NCBI GenBank assembly: GCA_041601615.1
Contig: JBFIHX010000006.1
Coordinates: 32,001 to 96,000 of the forward strand
From: Thermoplasmatota archaeon
GTDB taxonomy: Archaea; Thermoplasmatota; E2; JACPAO01; JAHFTW01
Reading direction: 5' to 3'
DNA: 64,000 nucleotides
Position numbers and translations under genes: made by a program. The notes under the pieces were generated by a model, which saw only the letters and a list, made by a program, of their open reading frames with translations, was not told the DNA's origin and searched no databases. Within the stretch, counting starts at the first letter, position 1; each line of letters starts with the position of its first letter. This document shows positions 9,486 through 18,533 of this stretch, in pieces.

Positions 9486-10844
9486 ATGAACGCCCGCGCC
9501 CTCTTGGTCGCTCTCGTGTTGTCCACCCTGACGCTTGCCGGTTGCACCGAAGCCGGCGACGGAGTCACCAACTTCGAATGCCGCACCCGCACCATCAACC
9601 TCGAAGTCGGCGTTGCCACCAACGGCAACCACAACGTCTACACCCTCAACGACGGCGCCACGCAAATGCCGGTCGTCGCCATGGGCTTCCAACCCATCGG
9701 AGGCAAACTCGAATTCCCCAACACGCAGATCCGCGTCAACGAATGCGACACCGTGGAAATCACGGTCCAAAACAACAACCCCTTGCCGCACACGTTCCAC
9801 TTGCACGGCGGCATCGTCGACTGGAAAGAAGACGGCGTCCCCTTCATCAGCCAACTTCCCATCCACCAAGGCGAAGAACGCACCTACACCTTCAAGGACA
9901 TGAAGGCCGGCACCTACTGGTACCACTGCCACGTCGACGTCGCCCACCACATTGATCTGGGCATGTACGGTGCCTTCATCGTCGAGGAGCAAAAACCCTC
10001 CTTCGACTACGACTTTGACTTGCCCGAGCACGTCCTGATGCTCGACGAATGGGACAACTGCCACGTCCACGGCAGCGTCCAAGAACAACAAACCGTCCGC
10101 GAAAACAACGGCGGCATCACATTCGAAGGCGACTGCCAAGAACGCAAATTCCAGGACACCTACTCCCAAGGCGGACTCACCTCCGGCGCCAGACAAAGTG
10201 TCTGTGACACGGCGGGCTTACCACAGGAGGTGTACGACACCTTCGACTGCATGAACCACGCAGCACCCCCGCCCGGCACCACCCCCCGCAGTTGGTACCC
10301 CATGACGTTTCCGGTCTACGCCCCTGAGTACAACACCTACACCATCAACGGCAAAGCGTTCCCCGACACCGCCCCCATCACCCTCGAAGAAGGCAAAACC
10401 TACCGCTGGCGCCTCATCAACGTGGGCGAAGAAATGCACTCCATGCACATCCATGGCCACAACTTCCTCGTCACCCACCGCGACGGCTACGAACTACCCA
10501 ACCCGTTCCGCGTCGACACCCTCGGCATCATGCCCGGCGAACGCTACGACGTACTGATGGAAGCCAACAACCCCGGCCTCTGGGTGTTCCATGACCACGT
10601 GGGCCTCAGCGACATGAACGACCACCAAAGCCCCGGCGGCATGCTCACCGTGCTCGCCTACAAGGGCGCCATGGAGCAAGAAATCGGCTACGACGCCAGC
10701 GCCATCAAGAAGGCCGGCGACTACATCTGGATCGGCCGCGACTACCACATGGAACACAGCGGCGAACACGGACACACCCTGACGAACCGGGCCCACCAAT
10801 CGGAGAATCTCGTGGTAGGGTCGGATCGGGTGTACAACGCCTAG
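9486..10844 (+). CDS. Two-domain multicopper oxidase lipoprotein (type C-like, T1 site in domain 1)
   Basis: Lipobox LAGC. Domain 1 has PHTFHLHG and YWYHCHV..HIDLGM; domain 2 has HSMHIHGH and FHDH (no Cys). Confidence 0.9.
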   Translation: MNARALLVALVLSTLTLAGCTEAGDGVTNFECRTRTINLEVGVATNGNHNVYTLNDGATQMPVVAMGFQPIGGKLEFPNTQIRVNECDTVEITVQNNNPLPHTFHLHGGIVDWKEDGVPFISQLPIHQGEERTYTFKDMKAGTYWYHCHVDVAHHIDLGMYGAFIVEEQKPSFDYDFDLPEHVLMLDEWDNCHVHGSVQEQQTVRENNGGITFEGDCQERKFQDTYSQGGLTSGARQSVCDTAGLPQEVYDTFDCMNHAAPPPGTTPRSWYPMTFPVYAPEYNTYTINGKAFPDTAPITLEEGKTYRWRLINVGEEMHSMHIHGHNFLVTHRDGYELPNPFRVDTLGIMPGERYDVLMEANNPGLWVFHDHVGLSDMNDHQSPGGMLTVLAYKGAMEQEIGYDASAIKKAGDYIWIGRDYHMEHSGEHGHTLTNRAHQSENLVVGSDRVYNA

Positions 10845-10900
10845 TCCCGCCACCCACACAAAACGCGAAACTGTGAACCTCGGACTCCGTCGCTGCTCCC

Positions 10901-11554
10901 GTGTACGACCTCCCGTATCACAAGGAGCGCGACGTAGCCGTCGTCCAGAAATTCATCGACGAGCACCCGTTTGCACTTCTGACGGGCTGTGACGCCGAGG
11001 GCCGCCCGGTGGCCACCCAAGTGCCGATGTTCCTTCGCAAGCAAGACGGCCGAACCGTGCTTCGCGGCCACATCATGCGCGGCACGGACCACCACCACCA
11101 CCACGCCTTCGAGCACAACGCCAACGTTCTAGCGGTGTTCACGGGCAGCCACATCTACGTTAGCGGCAGTTGGTACAGCAACCCACACACGCCCTCCACA
11201 TGGAACTACATGAGTGTCCATGTTCGAGGGACCTTTCGTGTCCTGGACGGCGCCGCGCTCGTGGAGGTGCTTCGAGACACGAGCCTGCATTTCGAGGGCC
11301 AAGACGCCGCGTCCGCGACGGTCTACGACAACCTGCCCGCGTCGCTCACCGACCGGCTCGTCAAGGCAATCGTCGCCTTCGAAATCGAGGTCACGCACCT
11401 TGATACGGTGTTCAAGTTGAGCCAAGACCGAGACCAGGAAAGCTACGACACCATCATCGAGAACCTCAAAGGGCAAGGAGAAAACGGCCGAAACATTGCA
11501 GCAGCGATGGAGCAGAGAAAGAGCGAAGTTTTTCCTGAAATCGGTCAAGAATAA
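10901..11554 (+). CDS. paiB: PaiB-family FMN-binding split-barrel protein
   Basis: FIDEHPFA, ATQVP, LRGHIMR, YVSGSWY, PSTWNYMSVH and FKLSQ motifs. Confidence 0.85.
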   Translation: MYDLPYHKERDVAVVQKFIDEHPFALLTGCDAEGRPVATQVPMFLRKQDGRTVLRGHIMRGTDHHHHHAFEHNANVLAVFTGSHIYVSGSWYSNPHTPSTWNYMSVHVRGTFRVLDGAALVEVLRDTSLHFEGQDAASATVYDNLPASLTDRLVKAIVAFEIEVTHLDTVFKLSQDRDQESYDTIIENLKGQGENGRNIAAAMEQRKSEVFPEIGQE

Positions 11555-11657
11555 GTGCATTAAATGCGCCGATGGGCCGAAGTTTCCTGGAGCCGACATG
11601 ATTTAACATGGGACCCCCATGGGCATCTGGGTCCAACGGGGCCCGGAGGAAATCAGT

Positions 11658-11963
11658 ATGACCAAACTCACTATTCTCTACGGCCACCCTACCGACGTCG
11701 ACGCCTTCGAGGACTACTACCTCGGCACGCACATGCCGATTGCGGGCAAAATGAACGGCGTGGACCGCCTCGAATTGACCCGATTTGGCGCCGGACCCGA
11801 CGGCAGCGCTCCGGCATACCACCGCATGGCCGAAATCTACTTTTCCGACGCCAAGCAGATGCAGGAAACCCTCGGCTCGGCCGAAGGCCAAGCAGCCGTA
11901 GCGGATCTTCCCAACTTTGCCTCCGGCGGAGTCACGATGCTCGCCGGCGCCGTGCACAACTAG
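11658..11963 (+). CDS. EthD-family reductase
   Basis: KLTILYGHPTDVDAFEDYY..THMPIA...AELYF-like AEIYF...GQAAVADLPNFA. GGAGG RBS before ATG 11658. Confidence 0.85.
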   Translation: MTKLTILYGHPTDVDAFEDYYLGTHMPIAGKMNGVDRLELTRFGAGPDGSAPAYHRMAEIYFSDAKQMQETLGSAEGQAAVADLPNFASGGVTMLAGAVHN

Positions 11964-12063
11964 GAGGTGCGCCGTTTGCGTCCATTGGATGTGGGGGGCA
12001 AATCGACTTGGTTGTCCTGACCACTCCAAAACCTCTATCCCCTTCCTCCCCCGCTCCTCCTCT

Positions 12064-12222
12064 ATGGCAGACCTCACTTGGGGCGACGTGGTCTTGGTTG
12101 GCGCCGTCGCCACCGTGGGATTTACGCTCCTGAGTTACTGGTGGAGTGGCGTCATGGCGCGCAAGGGCTGGAGCTGGCAAGTCAAAGCCAAGCCTACGAA
12201 GCGCAAAACCGGACCTCAGTAG
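12064..12222 (+). CDS. Small single-TM protein (52 aa) with basic C-terminus
   Basis: MADLTWGDVVLVGAVATVGFTLLSYWW followed by a Lys-rich tail. Confidence 0.5.
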   Translation: MADLTWGDVVLVGAVATVGFTLLSYWWSGVMARKGWSWQVKAKPTKRKTGPQ

Positions 12223-12863
12223 CGGCGAGGTGATTCGAGTGCGGCGAGGGCCGCTTCCAGCACGGCCTCGGGAGCGCCCGCTGCATCCACAACGCGCACG
12301 GTGTCCGGTTCCGCCGCCGCCAGCCCAAGGTATGCTTGCCGAACGGCCTCCAAAAACTCGACTTTCTCAAAGGGATCGGTCGCCCCGCGTGCCTCCGCTC
12401 GGGCCACCGCAGTCGCGGCAGGAAGATCCAGAAGCAGGACGCAGTCGGGGCGGAGTTCGACGTGCTCGTGCAAATTCTTGAGCCACGCCATTGGATTCTG
12501 CATGCGATCTGCAAGGGTCACGGACTGGTAGGCAAGTGTCGAATGCCAGTAGCGATCGCAGACCACGGTTTGCCCGGCCGCGAGGCGCCGCTCTAGTTCT
12601 TTGGCGTGCTCGATGCGGTCTGCCACGAACAAGAGGGTGGTTCCGACAGGGTCGTGGCGGCCTTCAATGGCGGCGCGCACGGCTTGGCCGGCGGCAGTAT
12701 CCGTGGGCTCCATGGTCTCATGCACGTCCACGCCCTCGGCCCGCAACTGCTCGGCGACGCGCTTGCTCACGGTGGACTTGCCGCTGCCGTCGATGCCCTC
12801 GAAGACGATGAACCGGCCACGCACGAAACGGGCAGGCGGAGGGCCCGGGAAAACCGATTGCAT
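12216..12863 (-). CDS. tmk: Thymidylate kinase
   Basis: FIVFEGIDGSGKST P-loop, LLFVADR..H, VVCDRYWHSTLAYQ, FEKVEFL. Start uncertain (alt GTG 12899). Confidence 0.93.
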   Translation of the reverse strand: MQSVFPGPPPARFVRGRFIVFEGIDGSGKSTVSKRVAEQLRAEGVDVHETMEPTDTAAGQAVRAAIEGRHDPVGTTLLFVADRIEHAKELERRLAAGQTVVCDRYWHSTLAYQSVTLADRMQNPMAWLKNLHEHVELRPDCVLLLDLPAATAVARAEARGATDPFEKVEFLEAVRQAYLGLAAAEPDTVRVVDAAGAPEAVLEAALAALESPRRY

Positions 12864-12885
12864 CCGTGGACGCCGGCGCCCAGGC

Positions 12886-14391
12886 TCAACCGCCGCCACT
12901 CACGACACGCTCGCCTTCGAACAAGGAAATGCCCGAGAGGTGCCCCACGTACGCAAGGTGGCCATTGCCCTCGCCGTAGTTGCCGGGTTCGGTGTCGCAA
13001 TCGCCCTGGCCCGTGTACCGCGCCAATTCGTCGGGCAAACAGGCGTCTATGAAGGCACCCCAGAAGCTGCCGTCGGGAGCGATGCTGGCGTCGAGGAATT
13101 CACGAATGTAGCCGCAGCGGATGTTGCGACAGTCGCCTCGGTAGACATGGTCGCCCTCCGGGTTGACTTTGACATGCAGCACCGTGGCGGGGCCGCCGTT
13201 GGTGGCGTCAAGGCTCACGGCCATGTAGGCGTCCCAGACCACGTTGTCCCATGTGCCATTTTCTGGTTTGTCGGTCGTGGCTAGGTACACGAAGCCAATC
13301 CGGCCGTCGTCACCTGCGGTGATGCTGACATGGTTGGCATAGGTGAAGCTCGGGTGGCTGATGCTCATGGGCGTGTCCCAGCCCCAACTGCTTCCGGCAC
13401 CGCTCTGGCCCACCGCCATCCACACGGCTTGGTCCTCCATCGTTGGCCCCATCCAAGTGTAGTATAGGTTGCCGGCAGCATCGAACGCCATGTTGGGATC
13501 GCCAGAAGTGGCGCGCACGGCACCTTCGGCAATTTCCAGGAGTTCCCAGGTCAAACCATCGTCAATGCTGCGAGCAACGTAGGGCCGCCCGCAGTACTCA
13601 CGCGGCAAATACACGGCTCCGTCGGGACCCACAAGCGCGTGACCATGAATGCCACCACAAACCATGCCCGTGGCAGGGTCGACGCCGGGGTAGACGAGGT
13701 GAAACGTTGCAAGCGTCAAGCCGCCGTCAAGACTTCGAGCACAATGGGAGTCCGCAATTTGATTGACGCAGACATACACCATGTTCGGGTACAATCCTTC
13801 ACTCGGCAGCGGGGTCACGCGGGGCGGGCCGGCCGCGATGGTTTGATGGTCCACCACGAGGCTGCCACACCCTTTGGCATTGGAAGTCCAGGAATCGCCC
13901 GAGTCGTCGCTGAAAACCAGCCAGTTGCACACGAGGTCGTAGAGTTCAATCTGGAACAAGCGGTCGGTCCACGGGTCCGTCACCACCATGGGGTCGCCGC
14001 TTCGAGGCGGCTCTCGGTCGCCCGTGGGTAGCCTCGGGCTCACGTCGGTCCAAGTCTTGCCGCCGTCGTCGCTGCGCATGACCGGAGTTTGCGTGGAGGA
14101 AACGGGCGGCGTGTTGCCCCCGGAGTAATCGCGGGCAGCGTAGTACAGGACCCCTTCGGAGTCCACGGCCACAGTCGGTTCGCGACCATCGCGACCATCC
14201 ACAGAGAGCCACGCCCACGTCGGCATGGGGCCATTCCATGCTGTCGAGTCGAGCACTTCGTCACCGCGAGAAAGCAAGAACGCGGATGGCTCGGGGCTCG
14301 GAGGATTCGGGTCGTCACCGGGCGTGTCTGCGTTGGACAGACAACCAGCCACGGCGAGGCTCACAAGCAACAAGACGGGGGCAATGCGCAT
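12886..14391 (-). CDS. Sialidase-like (BNR/Asp-box beta-propeller) lipoprotein
   Basis: Lipobox VAGC. Asp-boxes SDDGGKTW, SDDSGDSW, SLDGGLT and SIDDGLTW. Confidence 0.85.
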   Translation of the reverse strand: MRIAPVLLLVSLAVAGCLSNADTPGDDPNPPSPEPSAFLLSRGDEVLDSTAWNGPMPTWAWLSVDGRDGREPTVAVDSEGVLYYAARDYSGGNTPPVSSTQTPVMRSDDGGKTWTDVSPRLPTGDREPPRSGDPMVVTDPWTDRLFQIELYDLVCNWLVFSDDSGDSWTSNAKGCGSLVVDHQTIAAGPPRVTPLPSEGLYPNMVYVCVNQIADSHCARSLDGGLTLATFHLVYPGVDPATGMVCGGIHGHALVGPDGAVYLPREYCGRPYVARSIDDGLTWELLEIAEGAVRATSGDPNMAFDAAGNLYYTWMGPTMEDQAVWMAVGQSGAGSSWGWDTPMSISHPSFTYANHVSITAGDDGRIGFVYLATTDKPENGTWDNVVWDAYMAVSLDATNGGPATVLHVKVNPEGDHVYRGDCRNIRCGYIREFLDASIAPDGSFWGAFIDACLPDELARYTGQGDCDTEPGNYGEGNGHLAYVGHLSGISLFEGERVVSGGG

Positions 14392-14417
14392 CGACCACGC
14401 AGTGCCGCACCGGGGTC

Positions 14418-14765
14418 TTATGCCTTCTTCGCCCTGTACCCCTTGTGTGCCTCGCAGTATTTGCTGCCAGAGCGAGGCAATTTTTTGCATTGGCTGCCCG
14501 CCTGCGTCAACGCCGCGCACTGCGCCTTGGCCCCCATCACCTTGATGGCCGCCGGGCGATTGCGAATGGCGCCCTTGCCGCCGGGAGCTTCCTTAGCACG
14601 GGCGCGGACCTTCTTCATCTCGCGGGCCTTCTTGAGGTTCTCCAGCACCGTCTTTGCCCTGCCCTTGGGTCGGTAGCCCTTGTGCGTGACGCAGTACTTG
14701 CTGCCTTCCTTCGAGTGGCTCTTGCATTTGGTACCGTCTTCCTTGAGGGCAGCGCACTGGACCAT
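14418..14765 (-). CDS. Small basic protein with two C-x9-C-x10-C-x2-H zinc fingers (DUF5763-like)
   Basis: QCAALKEDGTKCKSHSKEGSKYCVTHKGYR and QCAALTQAGSQCKKLPRSGSKYCEAHKGYR joined by a Lys/Arg-rich linker. Confidence 0.8.
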   Translation of the reverse strand: MVQCAALKEDGTKCKSHSKEGSKYCVTHKGYRPKGRAKTVLENLKKAREMKKVRARAKEAPGGKGAIRNRPAAIKVMGAKAQCAALTQAGSQCKKLPRSGSKYCEAHKGYRAKKA

Positions 14766-14817
14766 GGCTCCAGCATCAAGCACGTTCGATAAATGCACAC
14801 TGATTCTGCGCCAAGCT

Positions 14818-15276
14818 ATGCCGGGACTGTGGTACGAAGAGTTTGAGCCGGGCGCAGCCATCGAACACGGTGCCGCCCTTGCCGTCACCCAGGAGGACAA
14901 TGCCGCCTTCTGCCACCTCACGCACAACACCCAACCGCTGCACTTGGACCGAGACGCCGCCGTCGCCGCCGGATTCCGCGACATCCTCGTCAACGGCCTC
15001 TACACCTTCAGCGCCTCCGTCGGCATGAGCGTTGGCGACCTCACTGAAGGCACCCTCGTGGCAAACCTCGGCTACGAAGACATACGCCACCCGACCCCCG
15101 TGTACCCCGGCGACGTGCTGCGCGTCCGCTCCAAGGTCCTCGACAAACGCGCAAGCAGCAAACCCGGCCGAGGCATCGTCAGCGTCGCACACGAAGTCAC
15201 AAACCAAGACGGCGTCATCGTGTGCCAATACCGAAGAACCGCGATGGTGCGCACCCGACCGGAGGCACCCGCATGA
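14818..15276 (+). CDS. MaoC-family (R)-specific enoyl-CoA hydratase/dehydratase
   Basis: GLWYEEFEPG, DNAAFC.LTHNTQPLHLD, VANLGY and PVYPGD hot-dog-fold motifs. Confidence 0.9.
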   Translation: MPGLWYEEFEPGAAIEHGAALAVTQEDNAAFCHLTHNTQPLHLDRDAAVAAGFRDILVNGLYTFSASVGMSVGDLTEGTLVANLGYEDIRHPTPVYPGDVLRVRSKVLDKRASSKPGRGIVSVAHEVTNQDGVIVCQYRRTAMVRTRPEAPA

Positions 15277-16118
15277 ACAGCCCGGCTCGCTGGCGCAGCG
15301 TCCTGTTCACCCCCGGCACCCGAGGCGACCGCATCCAAAAAGCCCTCCACACAGGTGCTGCCGACGTCATCGTAGCCGACTTGGAAGACGCCGTGGCCCC
15401 CGACCAAAAAGAACAGGCCCGCGACGAAGTCCGCACCGCACTCGACGCCGTCCCCGCAAGCGCGGCCCAACGCGCCGTTCGCATCAACCCATGGCCCAGC
15501 CGCACCGCCGAGGACGACCTCGACGCCATCCTAGACACCAACCCCGACCTTCTGGTGATTCCCAAAGCAGAATCACCCGACGATATTCGCGCCCTCGACG
15601 CCCGACTCGGCAACCACCCCGCACGGCTTCTGCTGATCTTGGAAACCGCCGAAGGAGTGCTGAACGCCCGCAAACTGGCCCGCGCCACCGACCGAGTCGC
15701 CGCCCTCGCATTTGGCGCCGAAGACCTAGCCGCCGACGCCGGCATGCGACGAAGCCCTAGCAATTCAGAAGTCGCCGTACCCCGCGCCCTCGTCGCCCTC
15801 GCCGCAGCCGCAGCCGGCATCGCAGCCATCGACATGATCACCGCCGACTTTCGAGACACAGACCGAGCCACTCGAGAAGCAACGGAAGCCCGAGCGCTTG
15901 GATACAAGGGCAAAATGTGCCTGCACCCCACCCAAGTTACGGCCACGCACGCAGCATTCGCCCCGACCCAGGAGGAAATTGCCTGGGCCCAACGCGTGGT
16001 ACACGCCGCAGACGAAGCAGGCTCAGAAGCCGGCGGCGTCCTGGTCGTAGACGGCGCCATGGTGGACGTTCCCCTGATTCGCCAAGCCCGCGCAATTCTA
16101 GCAGAATCCAACGCCTGA
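15273..16118 (+). CDS. CitE/citrate lyase beta-like CoA-ester lyase (HpcH/HpaI family)
   Basis: RSVLFTPG, DLEDAV, VRIN, LETAEG, FGAEDL, GKMCLHP and MVDVP. ATGA coupling to the MaoC gene. Confidence 0.9.
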   Translation: MNSPARWRSVLFTPGTRGDRIQKALHTGAADVIVADLEDAVAPDQKEQARDEVRTALDAVPASAAQRAVRINPWPSRTAEDDLDAILDTNPDLLVIPKAESPDDIRALDARLGNHPARLLLILETAEGVLNARKLARATDRVAALAFGAEDLAADAGMRRSPSNSEVAVPRALVALAAAAAGIAAIDMITADFRDTDRATREATEARALGYKGKMCLHPTQVTATHAAFAPTQEEIAWAQRVVHAADEAGSEAGGVLVVDGAMVDVPLIRQARAILAESNA

Positions 16119-16225
16119 TCCACCATCGGCCACGCCCAAATCTAGCTACGTTGGGCCCATTCGGAAGGGTCGCATCAAACTGTCCTACAACAATGTCCAA
16201 AACCCCCATGGGCCCTGGCTTCTTG

Positions 16226-17323
16226 ATGCGTGCCATCGGAATCCGGGTCAGCGGGCTCGTCACACTGCTGTTGACCGTCGCCCTAGCAGGATGCAGCGAC
16301 GAAGCCCCGCAAGCACTCGACACAGAACTACCCGACGACGCAGTCGTCTCCGAAGATGGCCGCGACCTACGCACCGACCTCCTAGCCACAGACGCCGCAC
16401 CAGGCCCCGACTGGGCAGTGGGCGACTGGTTTGGGCACCACATCTTCTTTGGCGAAGAAGACACCGAAGGAACGCACATCAACGTCGTCGTCACCGAAGA
16501 CCGAGGCAACGACTGGTACCTCGTGAGCGAAGACACCGAGATTGGCATGTACGAAGCAATTTTCGACGTCCCCATCACCGGCACCCTCTCCAAAAAGGAC
16601 CTCGACACCACCGCATTTGGCGGCCTCTGGCAAGTTTACGATTTCCCGATGAGCCACAACAAAACCTGGACGGGCACCATGACCTTCGACGTGGACTGGA
16701 CGTTCGACCTCACCTTCACCGCAACCTACCAAGACTCCTTCCAAACCACCGCCGGCAACCGCCCCGGCTTCGTGGTAATCGGCGTCGACAGCAGCGGCCG
16801 CACCGTGGTGGAAACCGACTACGTCCCGGCCATTGGCTGGTACACCCAATTCGTCGCCTACGACGTGGAACCACCAGAGCCCGAAGTGGTCTTTCGCAGC
16901 ATCAGCATGGGCACCGGGCACAACTGGACCGGCGAGTACACCGATTACACCGCCAGCGACCTTCTGAACACCTACAAGGACTTCTTCCCCGACCCCAGCG
17001 CCGACCCGCCCGTACACGCAGAAGCCATCGCCGTCAGTGAATCCACCTCGCTTATTGCGGGAATCATGTATTCCTACGCCGCCGCCGGAATCACCGAACT
17101 GCGCCTGTTTGACCCCGAAAATCAGGTCGCCATAAGCCAATCAGGCACGCACATTCCACCCCCCAACCCCGACCCCAGCAGCTGGGGCGGAGTCGGAAAC
17201 GGCGATCTGTACGTCCTCAATGCCATCCCTGGAGACTGGCATCTTCTCTGGGTCGGCGCCGCCGTCGCCACCGGATTCGGTGCCCAACTCTGGGCATTGG
17301 AAGCAACAACTGGCTCCCTCTGA
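16226..17323 (+). CDS. Hypothetical lipoprotein
   Basis: MRAIGIRVSGLVTLLLTVALAGC lipobox. PDWAVGDWF and YVPAIGW motifs in an acidic beta-rich body. Confidence 0.75.
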   Translation: MRAIGIRVSGLVTLLLTVALAGCSDEAPQALDTELPDDAVVSEDGRDLRTDLLATDAAPGPDWAVGDWFGHHIFFGEEDTEGTHINVVVTEDRGNDWYLVSEDTEIGMYEAIFDVPITGTLSKKDLDTTAFGGLWQVYDFPMSHNKTWTGTMTFDVDWTFDLTFTATYQDSFQTTAGNRPGFVVIGVDSSGRTVVETDYVPAIGWYTQFVAYDVEPPEPEVVFRSISMGTGHNWTGEYTDYTASDLLNTYKDFFPDPSADPPVHAEAIAVSESTSLIAGIMYSYAAAGITELRLFDPENQVAISQSGTHIPPPNPDPSSWGGVGNGDLYVLNAIPGDWHLLWVGAAVATGFGAQLWALEATTGSL

Positions 17324-17382
17324 CGTTGACCCGTTCGGGTGTTGGTCCACCCTTTTATAACCAAGAGGTTCAGATTGGCAGC

Positions 17383-18480
17383 ATGGACGGCGAGCCAGAG
17401 GCACCCGCCTTGGATGTGGACCCCGCGCAGCTCATGCGCATCGTGCGCATCTTGCCGGATGTCCTGTTCTCGTGCTTCAAGGGCGACGACGGCAAAATCT
17501 ACTGGAGCGTCAACGAAGGCGGCCTCGCCGAAGAATTCGGACTCACCACGAATCAAATCAAAGGCAAGAGCCTGGAACAACTGTTTCCGGGCGGAGCCAG
17601 CAGCGAGCTCCACCAGCACTTCGAAGACGCATTTCTTGGCAAACCCTACATTTTTACCAACGAAATCGAAGGGCGCCACTTTCGGCACTTTCCGCAACCG
17701 GTGCACGACGAACAAGGCAACGTAGAGGCAGTCGTCGGATACATTGCCGAAGTCACAGACCTCGTCAAGACCCAAGAGAAGCTTGCCAAAGCAAACATCG
17801 AATTGCAGACCTTCGCCCACGCCATCAGCCACGACCTGCAAAATCCCCTCGCGGCCATGCAGATGTTCCTGCATGTCCTGCTGCTGCACCCGGAAAAGTA
17901 TGACGAAAAAACTCGCAGCATCCTCGAACGCATGGAGCGAACCGCAGCGCGCATGCAATACATCGCAGAGGACACCTTGTATTTGTCCGAAATCAGCAAG
18001 GAAGGCCTGGAACGAACCGACGTGGACGTAACGGAGCTAGCACGCACCATCAGCATCGGGCTAGAAGCAACACGGCCCGACCGCAAACTCGACTGGGACA
18101 TCAAAGAAGGCATGTCCATCCACGCCGACGCACGCCTAAGCCGCATCGTCTTCGAAAACCTCCTCGGCAACGCTTGGAAATACACCGACGACGCCCAAGA
18201 CCCACGCATCCGCGTCTGGCAAGAAGACAAAAACGGCCGCCGCTGGATCACCGTCGAAGACAACGGCCGCGGCTTCGATCCCGCCGACGCTCGCCGCATC
18301 TTCCGACCCTTCGAACGCGCACACCGAGGCCCCGTCAAGGGCAGCGGCGTCGGCCTCAGTACCGTCAAGCGCGTCATGGACCGCCACGGCGGAGAAATCA
18401 TCAGCGAAGGCAGCCCCGGCAAAGGCGCATTGTTCCGATTCACATTTGATCCGGAGCCCGAAGACGAAGAGGACGAATAG
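17383..18480 (+). CDS. Cytoplasmic PAS-like sensor histidine kinase
   Basis: H-box FAHAISHDLQNPL, N-box NLLGNAWKY, VEDNGRGF, IFRPFER and GSGVGLS. No TM segments. Confidence 0.92.
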   Translation: MDGEPEAPALDVDPAQLMRIVRILPDVLFSCFKGDDGKIYWSVNEGGLAEEFGLTTNQIKGKSLEQLFPGGASSELHQHFEDAFLGKPYIFTNEIEGRHFRHFPQPVHDEQGNVEAVVGYIAEVTDLVKTQEKLAKANIELQTFAHAISHDLQNPLAAMQMFLHVLLLHPEKYDEKTRSILERMERTAARMQYIAEDTLYLSEISKEGLERTDVDVTELARTISIGLEATRPDRKLDWDIKEGMSIHADARLSRIVFENLLGNAWKYTDDAQDPRIRVWQEDKNGRRWITVEDNGRGFDPADARRIFRPFERAHRGPVKGSGVGLSTVKRVMDRHGGEIISEGSPGKGALFRFTFDPEPEDEEDE

Positions 18481-18533
18481 CGCCCCCCACATTCTGCGCA
18501 TAGCACCCAATGTGCCCTGCCCCCCGAAACGAC

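Noticed and set aside
9486-10844. Calling the copper protein NirK nitrite reductase
   Set aside because: It has HxH/HCH and HxH/HDH sets for a trinuclear cluster, which fits a two-domain oxidase better than NirK.
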